A stretch of 54,782 bases of DNA from Burkholderiales bacterium. Its GTDB lineage: Bacteria > Pseudomonadota > Gammaproteobacteria > Burkholderiales > SG8-41. Numbering within the stretch: the first letter of the stretch is position 1; every line of letters starts with the position of its first letter. The translations under genes and the position numbers were made by a program. Location: assembly GCA_038144955.1 (NCBI GenBank), contig JAYQOT010000005.1, forward strand, positions 1,751 through 56,532, written 5' to 3'. This document shows positions 30,694-41,600 of this stretch, piece after piece. The notes under the pieces are model-generated. The model made no database searches. It was not told where the DNA came from and saw nothing but the letters and a program-made list of their open reading frames with translations.

Positions 30694-31515
30694 TCAGCGG
30701 TCGATGCCCGCGGGACGCGAGTCATCGCCGGACAGCAGAGAATAGTTCACCGCTCGGCCAATGCCCTGGCGGAAACCTTCCAGCCGCAGCACCTGGCCCG
30801 GCGCAATGTTGGCGAGGTTCACGTCGCGGCCGAAGTCGCGCAACATCTGCACGTGCTGCTGCGGGAAGCGGTAGGGATCGGCCTCGATGACGACATGGTC
30901 GAACCAGTCCTGCGAGGACAGCGCCTTCAGGCTCTGTGGTGAGTCTTTGGCCAGCAGGTCCATCTCGCATTGCTCGACGGTGACATGGTGTATGCCCTGT
31001 GCCGCCACCGCGCGCACGATGCCTTCGAGGTAATCAAGGCTCAGCGGGTCTTCCGGGTTCTTGCGTCCGAACTCGTAGACGATTTTGATGCCCTGTTTCT
31101 GGAACAGATCGATCATCCGCGCGCGTTCGTCCTCGCTCAGCGTCACGTAGTTTTCCGAAATCTCGAGTCCGGGGATGGCCAGGCGTTTGAGCAGTGCTAT
31201 CAATCCGTCGACTTCGTTGCGGTTCCAGGCGTACTCGAAGAGGATGCCGCCGGCGAACGGCATCACGCCGGCATCGAGATAGAGTTTCGTGGTTTTCTTG
31301 ACGGTCTCCGCCGGGATCAGCAGCGCGTTCATCGCGTAGATCTTGGCGTAGTCGATGTAATCGGCCGCAACGCTCAGCAGGTCGCGGATGCCATGCTCGC
31401 CACCGCTCCAGCCGAAGGTGTCGGGTCCGAAGTCGATCATCGAGGTGATGCCGCGACGGCGTGGCTTGGTGCTGCGCGGCGGCAGCGACAGTTCAGGGGT
31501 GCGGGGAGTGGTCAT
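30694..31515 (-). CDS. Divergent phosphosulfolactate synthase (ComA)-family protein
   Basis: R..KPR..G.T..ID.G, DYIDY.K, GG.LFE, EIS, E.G.K, FG.DVNL.NI....V..LE..R.G scaffold; several active-site motifs altered. Confidence 0.75.
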   Translation of the reverse strand: MTTPRTPELSLPPRSTKPRRRGITSMIDFGPDTFGWSGGEHGIRDLLSVAADYIDYAKIYAMNALLIPAETVKKTTKLYLDAGVMPFAGGILFEYAWNRNEVDGLIALLKRLAIPGLEISENYVTLSEDERARMIDLFQKQGIKIVYEFGRKNPEDPLSLDYLEGIVRAVAAQGIHHVTVEQCEMDLLAKDSPQSLKALSSQDWFDHVVIEADPYRFPQQHVQMLRDFGRDVNLANIAPGQVLRLEGFRQGIGRAVNYSLLSGDDSRPAGIDR

Positions 31516-31560
31516 TGGAAAAAGGATTGCAGGGGCCGGCATTGCGCGGCGAATTGCAGG

Positions 31561-31570
31561 TGGTCCACCA
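31561..31570. promoter_or_regulatory. GntR/FadR-type operator candidate TGGTCCACCA
   Basis: TGGT-N2-ACCA palindrome about 45 bp upstream of the ComA-like gene. Confidence 0.4.
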
Positions 31571-31661
31571 AACGGACTTGAAGAGTATAGCGGATGCACC
31601 GCGCAGATTCCCGCGGGAATTCACCATGTGGTCAATAAATGCAGCGCCGCGCGCGGCGGAT

Positions 31662-32096
31662 TCAGTGCAGGGTTTTGGTTGCCGGTTCTTCGACGTCGCT
31701 GCTTACAGGCGCTGGTGCGGGTGCGGCGTGGTGGGCGACCATGCGCCAGCCGTGGCCGGTGCGCTGGTAGATGTTGGTGGCGATCATCGGCTGACGCGTG
31801 CGCGGCTGTCCGGCAACAGAGACATGTTCGTAGACGCTGTGCACGGCGAGCATCATGGTGTGGATCAGTTGCTGATCGCGGAGACTGAACCGCAATTGCT
31901 GGCCGCTGGAAAAAATCTGGCGCCAGGAGTCACGGATGCGCTCGACTCCGGAAATGCGCGAACCGCCCGGATGTACGCAATAGACTTCGTCATCGTCGGA
32001 CCATACTTCCATCATCGCTTCGAGGTCGCGCCGGACCAGTGCGTCGTAAAAAGCGGCTTCAGCATCCTGCGGTGTGGCGAACAGCGATTTTTTCAC
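31662..32096 (-). CDS. SnoaL-like/NTF2 family protein
   Basis: E.AFY.A....DL..MM.VW, CVHPGG, ATN.Y.R...GWR...HHA; GTG start at 32096 with GGGGAG RBS. Confidence 0.88.
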   Translation of the reverse strand: MKKSLFATPQDAEAAFYDALVRRDLEAMMEVWSDDDEVYCVHPGGSRISGVERIRDSWRQIFSSGQQLRFSLRDQQLIHTMMLAVHSVYEHVSVAGQPRTRQPMIATNIYQRTGHGWRMVAHHAAPAPAPVSSDVEEPATKTLH

Positions 32097-32121
32097 GACG
32101 ACTCCCCATTCGTGCGCGAAA

Positions 32122-33135
32122 TCAGGAGCCGATTCTAGCAAAATCAATGGCGCCCAAAACCCGGTCGGGGTCAAATTCGTTGAGGCACTTCAAATGTCCC
32201 AGCGGGCAGGTGCGTTCGAAGCAGGGACTGCATTCCAGTCCCAGCGTCAAGACGGTTGCGTCGTTGCTCAGTGGCGGGGTGAACCCCGGCGAACTCGAGC
32301 CGTACAGTGCAATCACCGGTCGGCCGACCGCGGCGGCGACATGCATCAGGCCGGAGTCGTTGGTGACGGTCAGGCGTGCGGCTGCCAGCAGGTCGACGGC
32401 TTCGGCGATGTCGGTCCTTCCGCACAGGTTGATGCACGTGCCCCCGCTTTCCCGGACGATGGTTTCCGCTACCGCGTGATCTTTCGGCGAACCCACGAGC
32501 CAGACTGCACAGCCGCGTCCGCTGATCATCCGTGCTAGCGCGGCAAAATGCCGTTCCGGCCAGCGCTTCGCCGGGCCGTATTCGGCGCCGGGGCAGAAGG
32601 CGATGGCGGGTTGATCCGGCGACAAGCCGAGGCGGGTCAGCAACCGGCTTTGCTGTTCCGGGGTGGACTGGAGCACCGGATACGACAGTGGCTCCGGCAG
32701 TGGTGCATCCGCGGGCAGCGCCAGTGCGGCAAAGCGCTGTGCCATTTGCGGCAGCGCCTGCTCATCCAGCCTGCGCAGGTCGTTGAGCAGGCCCCAGCGC
32801 GCCTCGCCGCGGAATCCGCTGCGCAAGGGAATGCCGGCAAACCAGGGGATCAGCGCCGACTTGAAGGAGTTGGGCAGCACCACCGCGAGGTCGTAGCCGG
32901 CGCTGCGCAGTTCAACACCGAGGCGGCGGCGTTCGCCCAGTTGCAGCGTGCCGTGGCCGAAAGGATTGGTGATGCCGCGGCGCACTTCGGGCATGCGCGC
33001 CAGCAGCGGCAGGGTCCACGGCGGCGCGAGGTAATCAATGGCTGCGCCGGGATGACGCTGTGCAAGCAGCCGCAGCAGCGGTTGCGAGAGGACGGTATCG
33101 CCGACCCAGGATGGACCGACGACGAGGATGTTCAC
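32122..33135 (-). CDS. waaF: Lipopolysaccharide heptosyltransferase II
   Basis: ILVVGPSWVGD, VLPNSFKSAL, CPGAEYGPAKRWP, NDSGLMH.AAA, CSPCF.R.CPLGH..CL. Confidence 0.97.
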   Translation of the reverse strand: MNILVVGPSWVGDTVLSQPLLRLLAQRHPGAAIDYLAPPWTLPLLARMPEVRRGITNPFGHGTLQLGERRRLGVELRSAGYDLAVVLPNSFKSALIPWFAGIPLRSGFRGEARWGLLNDLRRLDEQALPQMAQRFAALALPADAPLPEPLSYPVLQSTPEQQSRLLTRLGLSPDQPAIAFCPGAEYGPAKRWPERHFAALARMISGRGCAVWLVGSPKDHAVAETIVRESGGTCINLCGRTDIAEAVDLLAAARLTVTNDSGLMHVAAAVGRPVIALYGSSSPGFTPPLSNDATVLTLGLECSPCFERTCPLGHLKCLNEFDPDRVLGAIDFARIGS

Positions 33136-33166
33136 AGCCAGGGTGCAGTCACGGACTGCACGTGGA

Positions 33167-33370
33167 TCAGTGATGCCCGGCTGCCGCGCCGCCCTTCAGC
33201 GCGTAGCGCGTGCCGCAGTACGGGCACAGGGCTTCACCGGTGTTCTCGATGGGCAGGAAAACGCGGGGATGTGCGTTCCACAGCAGCATCGACGGCATCG
33301 GACAGTGCAGCGGCAGATCATCAGCCGTCACTTCGATCTGGCGCGATTTGTTTTCCGACTGGGCATTCAT
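33167..33370 (-). CDS. Zinc-finger (zf-CHCC) protein
   Basis: DLPLHCP....WN.HPRVF....CPYCGT; usual ilvE-zf-waaF position. Confidence 0.9.
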   Translation of the reverse strand: MNAQSENKSRQIEVTADDLPLHCPMPSMLLWNAHPRVFLPIENTGEALCPYCGTRYALKGGAAAGHH

Positions 33371-33372
33371 GA

Positions 33373-34299
33373 TCAGGCCGCCACGGGTGTCAGCCAGTCG
33401 CCGTGTGCCGGCGCCTTGCCGTTGACGCAGTCAAAGAACATTTTCTGCAGCTCTTCGGTTACCGGGCCGCGTTTGCCGTTGCCGATGGTGCGGCCGTCGA
33501 CTTCGCGGATCGGAGTGACTTCGGCTGCGGTGCCGGTGAAAAAGGCTTCGTCTGCAATGTAGAGGTCATCGCGGGTGATGCGGCGGGCTGAGACCGAGTA
33601 ACCCTTCTCTTCGGCCAGGGTGATGATCGAACTGCGGGTGATGCCGATCAGCGCGCTGGTCAATTCCGGTTCGTAGATCTTGCCGTTCTTGACGATGAAC
33701 AGGTTTTCGCCGGAGCCCTCGGCGACATAACCGTCGACGTCGAGCAGCAGACCTTCGTCATAGCCGTGTTCGGTGGCTTCGAGGTTGGCCAGTATCGAGT
33801 TGGCGTAGGTACCGGAGTATTTGGCGCGGCACATCGAGACGTTGACGTGGTGACGGGCAAATGACGAGGTTTTGACGCGTATGCCTTTTTCAAGGGCTTC
33901 CGCGCCCAGATAGGCACCCCAGGGCCACGCGGCGATGGCCACATGCACGCTGGCACCCTTGGGTGACACCCCCATCTTTTCGGAACCGAAGAAGGCGATC
34001 GGACGGATATAGCAGGATTCGAGCTTGTTGGCGCGGACTACTTCCTTGTGCGCTTCCATCAGCATCTCGCGCGCGTAGGGGATCTTCATCATGTAGATGT
34101 GCGCCGAGTTGTAAAGCCGGTCGGTATGCTCCTTGAGACGGAAAATAGCCGTGCCCTTGCTGGTCTTGTAAGCCCTCAATCCCTCGAATACGGCCAGGCC
34201 GTAGTGCAGGGAGTGGGTCAGGACATGGGTGTTCGCATCGCGCCAGGGCACCAGCTTTCCGTCGTACCAGATTTGCCCGTCGCGGTCTGCCATCGACAT
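33373..34299 (-). CDS. ilvE: Branched-chain amino acid aminotransferase
   Basis: MSMADRDG.IW, LHYG..VFEG.R, Y.RP, EGSGENLF, GITR, TGTAAEVTP. Confidence 0.97.
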   Translation of the reverse strand: MSMADRDGQIWYDGKLVPWRDANTHVLTHSLHYGLAVFEGLRAYKTSKGTAIFRLKEHTDRLYNSAHIYMMKIPYAREMLMEAHKEVVRANKLESCYIRPIAFFGSEKMGVSPKGASVHVAIAAWPWGAYLGAEALEKGIRVKTSSFARHHVNVSMCRAKYSGTYANSILANLEATEHGYDEGLLLDVDGYVAEGSGENLFIVKNGKIYEPELTSALIGITRSSIITLAEEKGYSVSARRITRDDLYIADEAFFTGTAAEVTPIREVDGRTIGNGKRGPVTEELQKMFFDCVNGKAPAHGDWLTPVAA

Positions 34300-34530
34300 A
34301 CCGTGTTCTCCGATTTTTCCGTGGTTGGATGCCGCGCCCGACAGAGGTTTTGCCTCCGCTTCGGTCAGCACAGCGAACCGTCATTTTAGCCGATTTGCCG
34401 GGTATTGCCGAAGAACAGGGCGCGGGATGTCGAAGTTGGAACGTTATCCGGATACAATGCGAAGTTGTAAGGGCCGGAAAGATTCGAATGGAATGTGGTG
34501 ATGTCCGGCGGCCTGTCACAGGGGAAAAGG

Positions 34531-35838
34531 ATGCTGGGAAAGCTGCGCGCGTGGCTCAATGGCCTGAGCGGTCGAGTTATCACTGAGCGTGATTCCGAAC
34601 AGGACAAGCTCAACAAGACACTGCTGATCTTCGCATGCGGCTTGATGGGTTTCGGCTCGGTTCTCTGGCTGGCGTTGTACTGGACGATGGGCATCAAGTT
34701 TTCTTCCACCGTTCCGCTGACTTATCTTGCGGTTTCCGCGCTGTCCCTAGCCTATTACGTATATACCCTGAATTTTGCGGTGTTTCGCACGCTGCAGGTC
34801 AGCCTGTTCCTGTTCATGCCATTCATCATGCAGTGGAGCATCGGCAGTTATGTCAGTTCTTCCGGTGTTGCGCTGTGGGCGTTGCTGGCGCCGGTTGGGG
34901 TGATGATCTTCCAGGGAGCGCGGCAGTCGCTGCCCTGGTTTGCCGCCTACATCATCATGACTGTGATATCAGGTTTTTTCGACTTCTGGCTGACCTCGGG
35001 CGTCGAGGCGGGCGTCACCATGCAAAGCATTGCGGTGTTTTTCACGCTGAATTTTGCTGCGATGTCGACCATAATGTACCTTCTGATCAGCTTTTTCGTG
35101 CGCCAGCGTGACAAGCTGGAAGACGCGGTCACCGAGCAGAACCGCCTGCTGCGCATCGAAAAAGAAAAATCCGATAATCTGCTGCTGAACATCCTCCCGG
35201 CGCCGATTGCCCGTCGCCTGAAGGAACAGCAGGGGATCATTGCCGACGGCTTTGCCGATGTCACCGTGATGTTTGCCGACATCATCAACTTCACCAACCT
35301 GGCAGAGTCGGTACCCCCCAAGGCGATGGTCGAGCTGCTGAACGAAGTGTTCTCCAAATTCGACTCGATGGCGGATTTCTACCGGCTGGAGAAGATCAAG
35401 ACCATCGGCGATGCCTACATGGTCGCCGGGGGACTGCTGGAGCATGACGGGGTCGATTTTGCGGTCGATGCCCGGGATTACACGTCAGCCATCCTGCGGC
35501 TGGCGCTGGAAATGCGCGGCTACATGCATGAACTGTCGGCCCGGAAAGGCATGCCGCTGGGCATCCATGTCGGCATCTGCTCGGGACCGGTGGTGGCGGG
35601 CGTCATCGGCACCCGCAAATTCATCTACGACCTGTGGGGCGACACCGTGAATACTGCGAGTCGCGTTACCAGCGAGGCCAAGGCGGGCATGATTTTCGTC
35701 GATGCCGTAACCTACCGGCGCATGAAAAACATGTTCGTGTTTGAGGGGCCGATCACCATTACTGCACGCGGCAAGGGTAATCTTGAGGTCTACAAGCTGA
35801 TCGATCTGGCCCCGCACCTGCGTGAGGTTACGGTCTAG
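34531..35838 (+). CDS. Membrane-bound class III adenylate cyclase
   Basis: About 6 TM, LLLNILP..IA.RLK, FADIINFT, KIKTIGDAYM, YDLWGDTVN.ASR (K/D pair indicates ATP specificity). Confidence 0.92.
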   Translation: MLGKLRAWLNGLSGRVITERDSEQDKLNKTLLIFACGLMGFGSVLWLALYWTMGIKFSSTVPLTYLAVSALSLAYYVYTLNFAVFRTLQVSLFLFMPFIMQWSIGSYVSSSGVALWALLAPVGVMIFQGARQSLPWFAAYIIMTVISGFFDFWLTSGVEAGVTMQSIAVFFTLNFAAMSTIMYLLISFFVRQRDKLEDAVTEQNRLLRIEKEKSDNLLLNILPAPIARRLKEQQGIIADGFADVTVMFADIINFTNLAESVPPKAMVELLNEVFSKFDSMADFYRLEKIKTIGDAYMVAGGLLEHDGVDFAVDARDYTSAILRLALEMRGYMHELSARKGMPLGIHVGICSGPVVAGVIGTRKFIYDLWGDTVNTASRVTSEAKAGMIFVDAVTYRRMKNMFVFEGPITITARGKGNLEVYKLIDLAPHLREVTV

Positions 35839-38543
35839 CTTCCAGCGGTACCCAGCAATTCCTGCCACAGCCCCTTCACGGCTGTAATTTCGTTTTCCAC
35901 TTTCTGCGGTTCGACCCGGGCATAACGGTCTCCGGCGAGTCGCAACTGGTGCTGCAGTTCGCGGAATCGCCGGTAGGCGCCATGCACGGCTTCCGCGCGG
36001 GCGCTGTCGATCAATCCCAGCCCCGCGGCGGTTTTGAGCAGGGCCAGATTCCCGGAATTGGCGGTCAGTTCCGCATGGTCACAGGCATGACCCAGCACCA
36101 GGTACTGCACCATGAATTCGACATCGATGATGCCGCCGCGATCGTGCTTGATGTCGAACATCGAACTGGTGTTGGGATGGGCATCCAGCATCTTTCCGCG
36201 CATCTCGAGTATGCCGTCGCGCAGCACCGCCGGGACGCGACGCGTGCGCAGCACGTCGATGCGCAGCGCCTCGAATGCACTGCCGATGGCGGCGGCTCCT
36301 GCCACGCTGCGCGCACGGGTCAGTGCCTGGTGTTCCCAGAGCCATGCATCCTGCATCTGGTATTTGCGCATGCTTTCCAGCGGCGTGACCAGCAGGCCGC
36401 TGGCACCGTCCGGGCGCAGGCGCAGGTCGGTTTCGTAGAGCAGGCCGGCCCCGGTTATGCTGGTCAGCCAGTTGTTGATGCGCTGTGCCAGGCGGGCATA
36501 GATTTCCGCGGCATCGGGGTGGGGATCATCGTAGACAAAAACGATGTCCAGGTCCGATGCATAGCCCAGTTCCTTGCCGCCGAGTTTGCCGTAGCCGATG
36601 ACCGCAAACTGCGGAGTGTCACGATGTCGCTGGCGCAATCCCCGCCAGGACAGATCCACGACTTCCTGCAAAGTCAGGTCGGCCAGATCGGAGAGTCGAT
36701 CGCTGAGGGTTTCCAGCGGCAGCGTGCCGGCGAGATCCTGGGCGACGCAGTGCAGGGTCAGGGTGTTTTTGAAGTGACGCAAAATGTCCATTTGCCGTTC
36801 GGTATCACCGGCGGCCGCGGCGAGGTCGTCATGCAGCGCCTGGCCGAGAACGGCGTAATCGGGTTTTTCGAGCAGCGCGCGACCGTCGAGCAGCTCGTCG
36901 AGCAGTATGGGATGGCGGGTGATGTATTGCGCAACCCAGGGGCTGGCGCTCATCAGGTCGGCCACCCGGTCGAGGGCATGCGGATATTCATGCAGCAACG
37001 CAAGATAGGCTTCACGCCTGCTGATGCTTTCGAACAATTCGAGCATCCGGTTCAGTGTCTCATCGGGATTGCGCCTGGTCGCCGCGGTTGCCAGGGCGGA
37101 GGGCACCAGCTGGTCGAGCCGCCGCTGGCTTGAGGCGGGCATTTGCTGGTAGCGGTGGCCGCTGCGGAACTGTCCCAGCCGGCGGGCGATTTCCCCGGCT
37201 TGCGAAAATCCGATTTCGGCCAGCCGTTCCGTCGTGCCATCCAGATTGTCCGTCTGCGCGTTCCACAGCTCAGCCAGCGGATGTGCGGTATTGTCCTCTT
37301 CACCGAAGATCGCACTGAAATGACGGGAAACCGCCTCGCGGTGTGTGGCTAGCGCTGCGGCGAATGCCGACGGGTCGGAGTAATTCATGCTCGCGGCCAG
37401 CAATTCCCGTTCTGCAGGATCCACCGGCAATGACTGGGTCTGTTGGTCATCGCGATACTGCAGACGGTGTTCCAGGTGGCGCAGGAATATGTAGGCATCC
37501 CTCAGTTCAGCGGCAGCCTGGACTGAAATGAACCCACCGGCACCCAGGGCGGACAATACCGGCAGCGTGGACTGTTGCTGCAGGGCGCGCTCATGGCCGC
37601 CGCGGATCAGCTGGAACACCTGTGCCGTGAATTCGATTTCGCGGATGCCACCCGGACCCAGTTTGATGTTGTCGAGACGGTCACGGCGGCTGACTTCGTG
37701 GCGGATCTGGCTGTGCAGGCTGCGCATCGAGGCAAATGCGCCGTAATCGAGGTGACGCCGGAAGACGAAAGGCTTGACCAGTCCGAGCAGGGCCTCCCGC
37801 CGGTCTCCGGTCAGCGGTCGCCCCTTGATCCAGGCATAGCGTTCCCAGGCACGTCCCTGGGTGATCAGGTAGTTCTCCAGCATGTCGAATCCCGTGACCA
37901 GGGGGCCGCTTTCGCCGTAGGGGCGCAGGCGGGTATCTACGCGAAAAACAAAGCCGTCCTCGGTCAGTTCGCTGAGCGCGTTGATCAGTTTTCGTCCCAG
38001 CCGGGTGAAAAATTCATGGTTACTGAGCGCACGGCTGCCGTCGGTCTCCCCTTCCTCGGGGTAGACGAATACGAGGTCGATGTCCGAGGAGGCATTCAGT
38101 TCCGCCCCACCCAGTTTCCCCATGCCGACCACGTGCAGCTGCTGGATTGCGCCGTCGTTCATTCCGCGAGGCTGGCCGTGGACGGCGGCCAGGTCATCAT
38201 GCAGCCATGCAGTGGCCGTGCGGATTGCCGCTTCAGCCAGAGCGGTCACGGTGGTCACCGTTTCGTCCAGGCTGGCGCGACCGCTGAGGTCACGCACAAT
38301 CAGCCGTGCCATCACCCGCTGCCGCAACTGTCGCAGCACGCGACAGAGGGTGAGGTCGTCAGCGATTTGCGTGGCTGCGAGTTCCGCCTGCATGTCGTCG
38401 GCGGTGATGGGGAGGGCCACTTCCGACCGGGACAGCAGTGCGGGATTCGCAGCCAGCAGCCGCTGCAGGTAGCGGCTGTAGCCCGCGCCCGCGGCTATGT
38501 CGCGGTCAGCGGCGGCGTTTTCCGGTGCGTTATTCGATTCCAT
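35835..38543 (-). CDS. glnE: Glutamine synthetase adenylyltransferase/adenylyl-removing enzyme
   Basis: Two nucleotidyltransferase repeats (MGKLGG.ELN.SSDIDL; YGKLGGKELGYASDLD), KLG.GGIREIEF. Confidence 0.98.
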   Translation of the reverse strand: MESNNAPENAAADRDIAAGAGYSRYLQRLLAANPALLSRSEVALPITADDMQAELAATQIADDLTLCRVLRQLRQRVMARLIVRDLSGRASLDETVTTVTALAEAAIRTATAWLHDDLAAVHGQPRGMNDGAIQQLHVVGMGKLGGAELNASSDIDLVFVYPEEGETDGSRALSNHEFFTRLGRKLINALSELTEDGFVFRVDTRLRPYGESGPLVTGFDMLENYLITQGRAWERYAWIKGRPLTGDRREALLGLVKPFVFRRHLDYGAFASMRSLHSQIRHEVSRRDRLDNIKLGPGGIREIEFTAQVFQLIRGGHERALQQQSTLPVLSALGAGGFISVQAAAELRDAYIFLRHLEHRLQYRDDQQTQSLPVDPAERELLAASMNYSDPSAFAAALATHREAVSRHFSAIFGEEDNTAHPLAELWNAQTDNLDGTTERLAEIGFSQAGEIARRLGQFRSGHRYQQMPASSQRRLDQLVPSALATAATRRNPDETLNRMLELFESISRREAYLALLHEYPHALDRVADLMSASPWVAQYITRHPILLDELLDGRALLEKPDYAVLGQALHDDLAAAAGDTERQMDILRHFKNTLTLHCVAQDLAGTLPLETLSDRLSDLADLTLQEVVDLSWRGLRQRHRDTPQFAVIGYGKLGGKELGYASDLDIVFVYDDPHPDAAEIYARLAQRINNWLTSITGAGLLYETDLRLRPDGASGLLVTPLESMRKYQMQDAWLWEHQALTRARSVAGAAAIGSAFEALRIDVLRTRRVPAVLRDGILEMRGKMLDAHPNTSSMFDIKHDRGGIIDVEFMVQYLVLGHACDHAELTANSGNLALLKTAAGLGLIDSARAEAVHGAYRRFRELQHQLRLAGDRYARVEPQKVENEITAVKGLWQELLGTAGS

Positions 38544-38616
38544 GGCCGGTTCGCGTTAGAATGGCTAAGCCCTTGTTTCATTGCTTCATTTTACATTTTC
38601 AATTTTCAGGCACTTC

Positions 38617-41600
38617 ATGAGCCTAGCCGAAGTCCGCAACCGGATTCAGAAAAGTTCGTTGTGGATTTACCGTCTTCTGACCTGGTGCGTGCTGGCTGTC
38701 GGCCTGCTGTTTGCGGCGACTATTCTGGTATTGCGTTACTGGATATTGCCCGATATCGCCGCCTATCGTGAAGATATTGCGCAGGTTCTGAGCCGCGCGG
38801 TGCAGCAGCGGGTCACCATCGGTGGTATCAGCGCAAACTGGGACGGTTTGCGGCCGCAATTGGGACTGTCGCAGGTAGTGATGCATGATGCCGGCGGAAA
38901 ACCGGCGCTGGAGCTGCCTCAGGTCGATGCCACACTGTCGTGGCGTTCCGCGGCAAGACTGCAGATCAATTTTCACGCGCTGGACATCTACCGGCCGGTG
39001 CTCACCATCCGTCGTGATCCCAACGGCGCCATTTCAGTGGCCGGAATGCCGATGGACATGAATGCCCAGGGCGGCGGGGGATTTTCGCGCTGGCTGTTGA
39101 GCCAGCGCGATATCGAAATCCACCAGGCACGACTGGTCTGGAACGACGAGCAGCGCTCCGCGCCTGTGCTGGAGCTCGATCAGCTGCAACTGCGGATAGT
39201 CAATAGCGGCGACCGGCACCGGATGGCACTGCGTGCGTTGCCGCCCGCAGCGCTGGCATCCCCCCTGGATGTGCGCGCCGATCTGACTGGCGAGGATTTC
39301 CAGGCGCTGTCACAGGCGCTGACCGGCCAGCTGTACGTGAATCTCGATTACGTTGACATCGCGGCATGGCGACAGTGGGTCGACTTTCCGGTGCATTTTC
39401 CGCGAGGAGTGGGTGCGCTTCGTTCCTGGTTCACGTTTACCCGCAACGAGCTGCACTCGGTCATTGCCGATGTGCAACTGCAAAGCGTTAACGCCAGGCT
39501 GGGTGCGGATCTCCCTGATCTGGACATGGAACATCTGGGGGGGCGGTTTTCCTGGAAACGCAATGCCGATGGTTTCGAGGTGTCCACCCGCAAGCTGACC
39601 TTTCGTACGGGGGAGAAGCTTGAGCTCTCACCGGTTGATCTGCGACTCCAGCTGGGCGGAGCGGGAAGCAGCGGATATGACCGCGGAGAATTGAAGGCCA
39701 ATGCGCTGGAGCTGGCGCCGTTGCTGAAGCTGGCGGACCGGCTGCCGCTGGGTGATGATGTACGCAAAACACTGGCTTCCTATGCGCCCTCGGGAAGCCT
39801 CTACGACGTGTCGATGCGCTGGAACGGGGCTTGGCCGCGTCCGAAAACCTATGCTTTGAGGGCCCGTTTCAGTGAATTGGCGCTGGCACCAAACGGCGCC
39901 GTTCCCGGCTTTACCGGATTCAGCGGCAACATTGACGGCAGTGAAAAAGGCGGCAACCTTCATGTGGTGACGCAGAAGGCGACGCTGGAGATGTCACGGT
40001 TGTTCCGGGAGCGCCTGCGCTTTGATTCATTGACCGGTCAACTGTCCTGGTCGAACCAGGGCGCGGACACCGAACTGCGATTCAACAATTTTGCCTATGC
40101 CAATACCGATCTTGCGGGGACTTTGTTCGGAACGCTGCGCATCGTTGCCGACGGGCCGGGCATCGCCGACCTCACCGGGCATCTGACGCGCGGAGTGGCC
40201 AACAGGGTTACGGCCTATCTGCCGCTGAGCGTGGCAAAGAATTCCAGGGGCTGGCTCGACAGGGCTTTTGTATCCGGCACTTCCAACGACGTCAGGTTTC
40301 GGCTCAGGGGAAATCTCGCCGAGTTCCCCTTTGCCGACGAACGCAACGGCGTCTTCGAGGTGGCGGCCAAGGTCAGCGGCGGAGAATTGAATTACGGGGA
40401 TCAATGGCCGCGGATCACCGGCATCGAAGGTGATTTCCTGTTTCGCGGCAAGCGTCTCGAGATCAATGCCCGCGAGGGCATGATCAACAATGTCCGCTTG
40501 AGCAGGGTGAGGGCGCTGATTCCTGACCTGGTCTACACCGATGAGGTGCTGCAGATCAGCGGCGAGGCGGAGGGCGCGACCGCTGACTTTCTCGGTTACA
40601 TCGCGCAAAGCCCCGTTCGTCAGATGATCAATGACTTTACGGATGGCATGAGTGCCAGGGGTAACGGCAGGCTGGGCCTGAAACTCGCTTTGCCGCTGCG
40701 TGCGATGTCTCGCAGCAAGGTCTCCGGTACCTATCAGTTCCTCGACAACCAGTTGTCGCTGGCGGATGCCATGCCGCCCCTGGAGCAGGTCAACGGTCGC
40801 CTGGAGTTCACCGAATCATCAGTACGGGTACCCAAGGCGACGGCTGTTTTCCTTGGTGGACCGCTGACTGTTACGGCGGGTACCCAACGCGATGCCCCGG
40901 TCAACATCCAGTTCCAGGGGCGCATTAATGCCGATGCGGCGCGGCGCGCGGGCGCCGTCGAATGGGCGCGCTACATGCGCGGCTCGACCGACTGGCGCGG
41001 TACGCTGGTCATGCGCAACAAACAGGTTGATCTGGTGGTGGATTCATCTTTGCAGGGCCTTGCGATCAATCTGCCCGCCCCGTTCAGCAAGACCGCGGTA
41101 GAGGTGCTGCCGCTGCGGCTGGAGCGAAAGTTTACGGGGGCGCGTCAGGAGAGAATCACGGCCAGTGTCGGAAAATTGGTCAACGCCATGCTCTATCGCA
41201 GAAGCGATGGCAAGGAGTCGCGCATTGAGCGCGGAGCAGTGCGTTTTGGCGAAGGCGTCATCCCCGAGCCCGAAAAGCCAGGCATTGCACTGACCGGATC
41301 GATCGCCAGCCTGGATCTGGATGGCTGGGCGGCGCTGTTGGGTAATCCGGGTGGCGCTGGCGGTGCACAACTTTCAGCGGTTGATTTGCAGATCGGTGAG
41401 CTGGAGTGGTTTGACCGGCATTTTGCGCCGCTGAAGCTGACTGCGCAGTCGCAGAATGGCGTGTTGCAGATCAACGCGCAGGGACGTGACATCGATGGCA
41501 CGGCTTCCTGGTCGTCCCAGGGCAAGGGGCGCCTGAATGCGCGGTTGCGCAAGCTGGCGCTGCCGGCGAAAGACCCCAAGGCCGTCCAGGGTGTGCAACA

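Noticed and set aside
34445-34454. Palindrome TATCCGGATA in the ilvE/adenylate cyclase gap
   Set aside because: Single 10-bp palindrome overlapping a probable -10 (TACAAT); not distinguishable from chance
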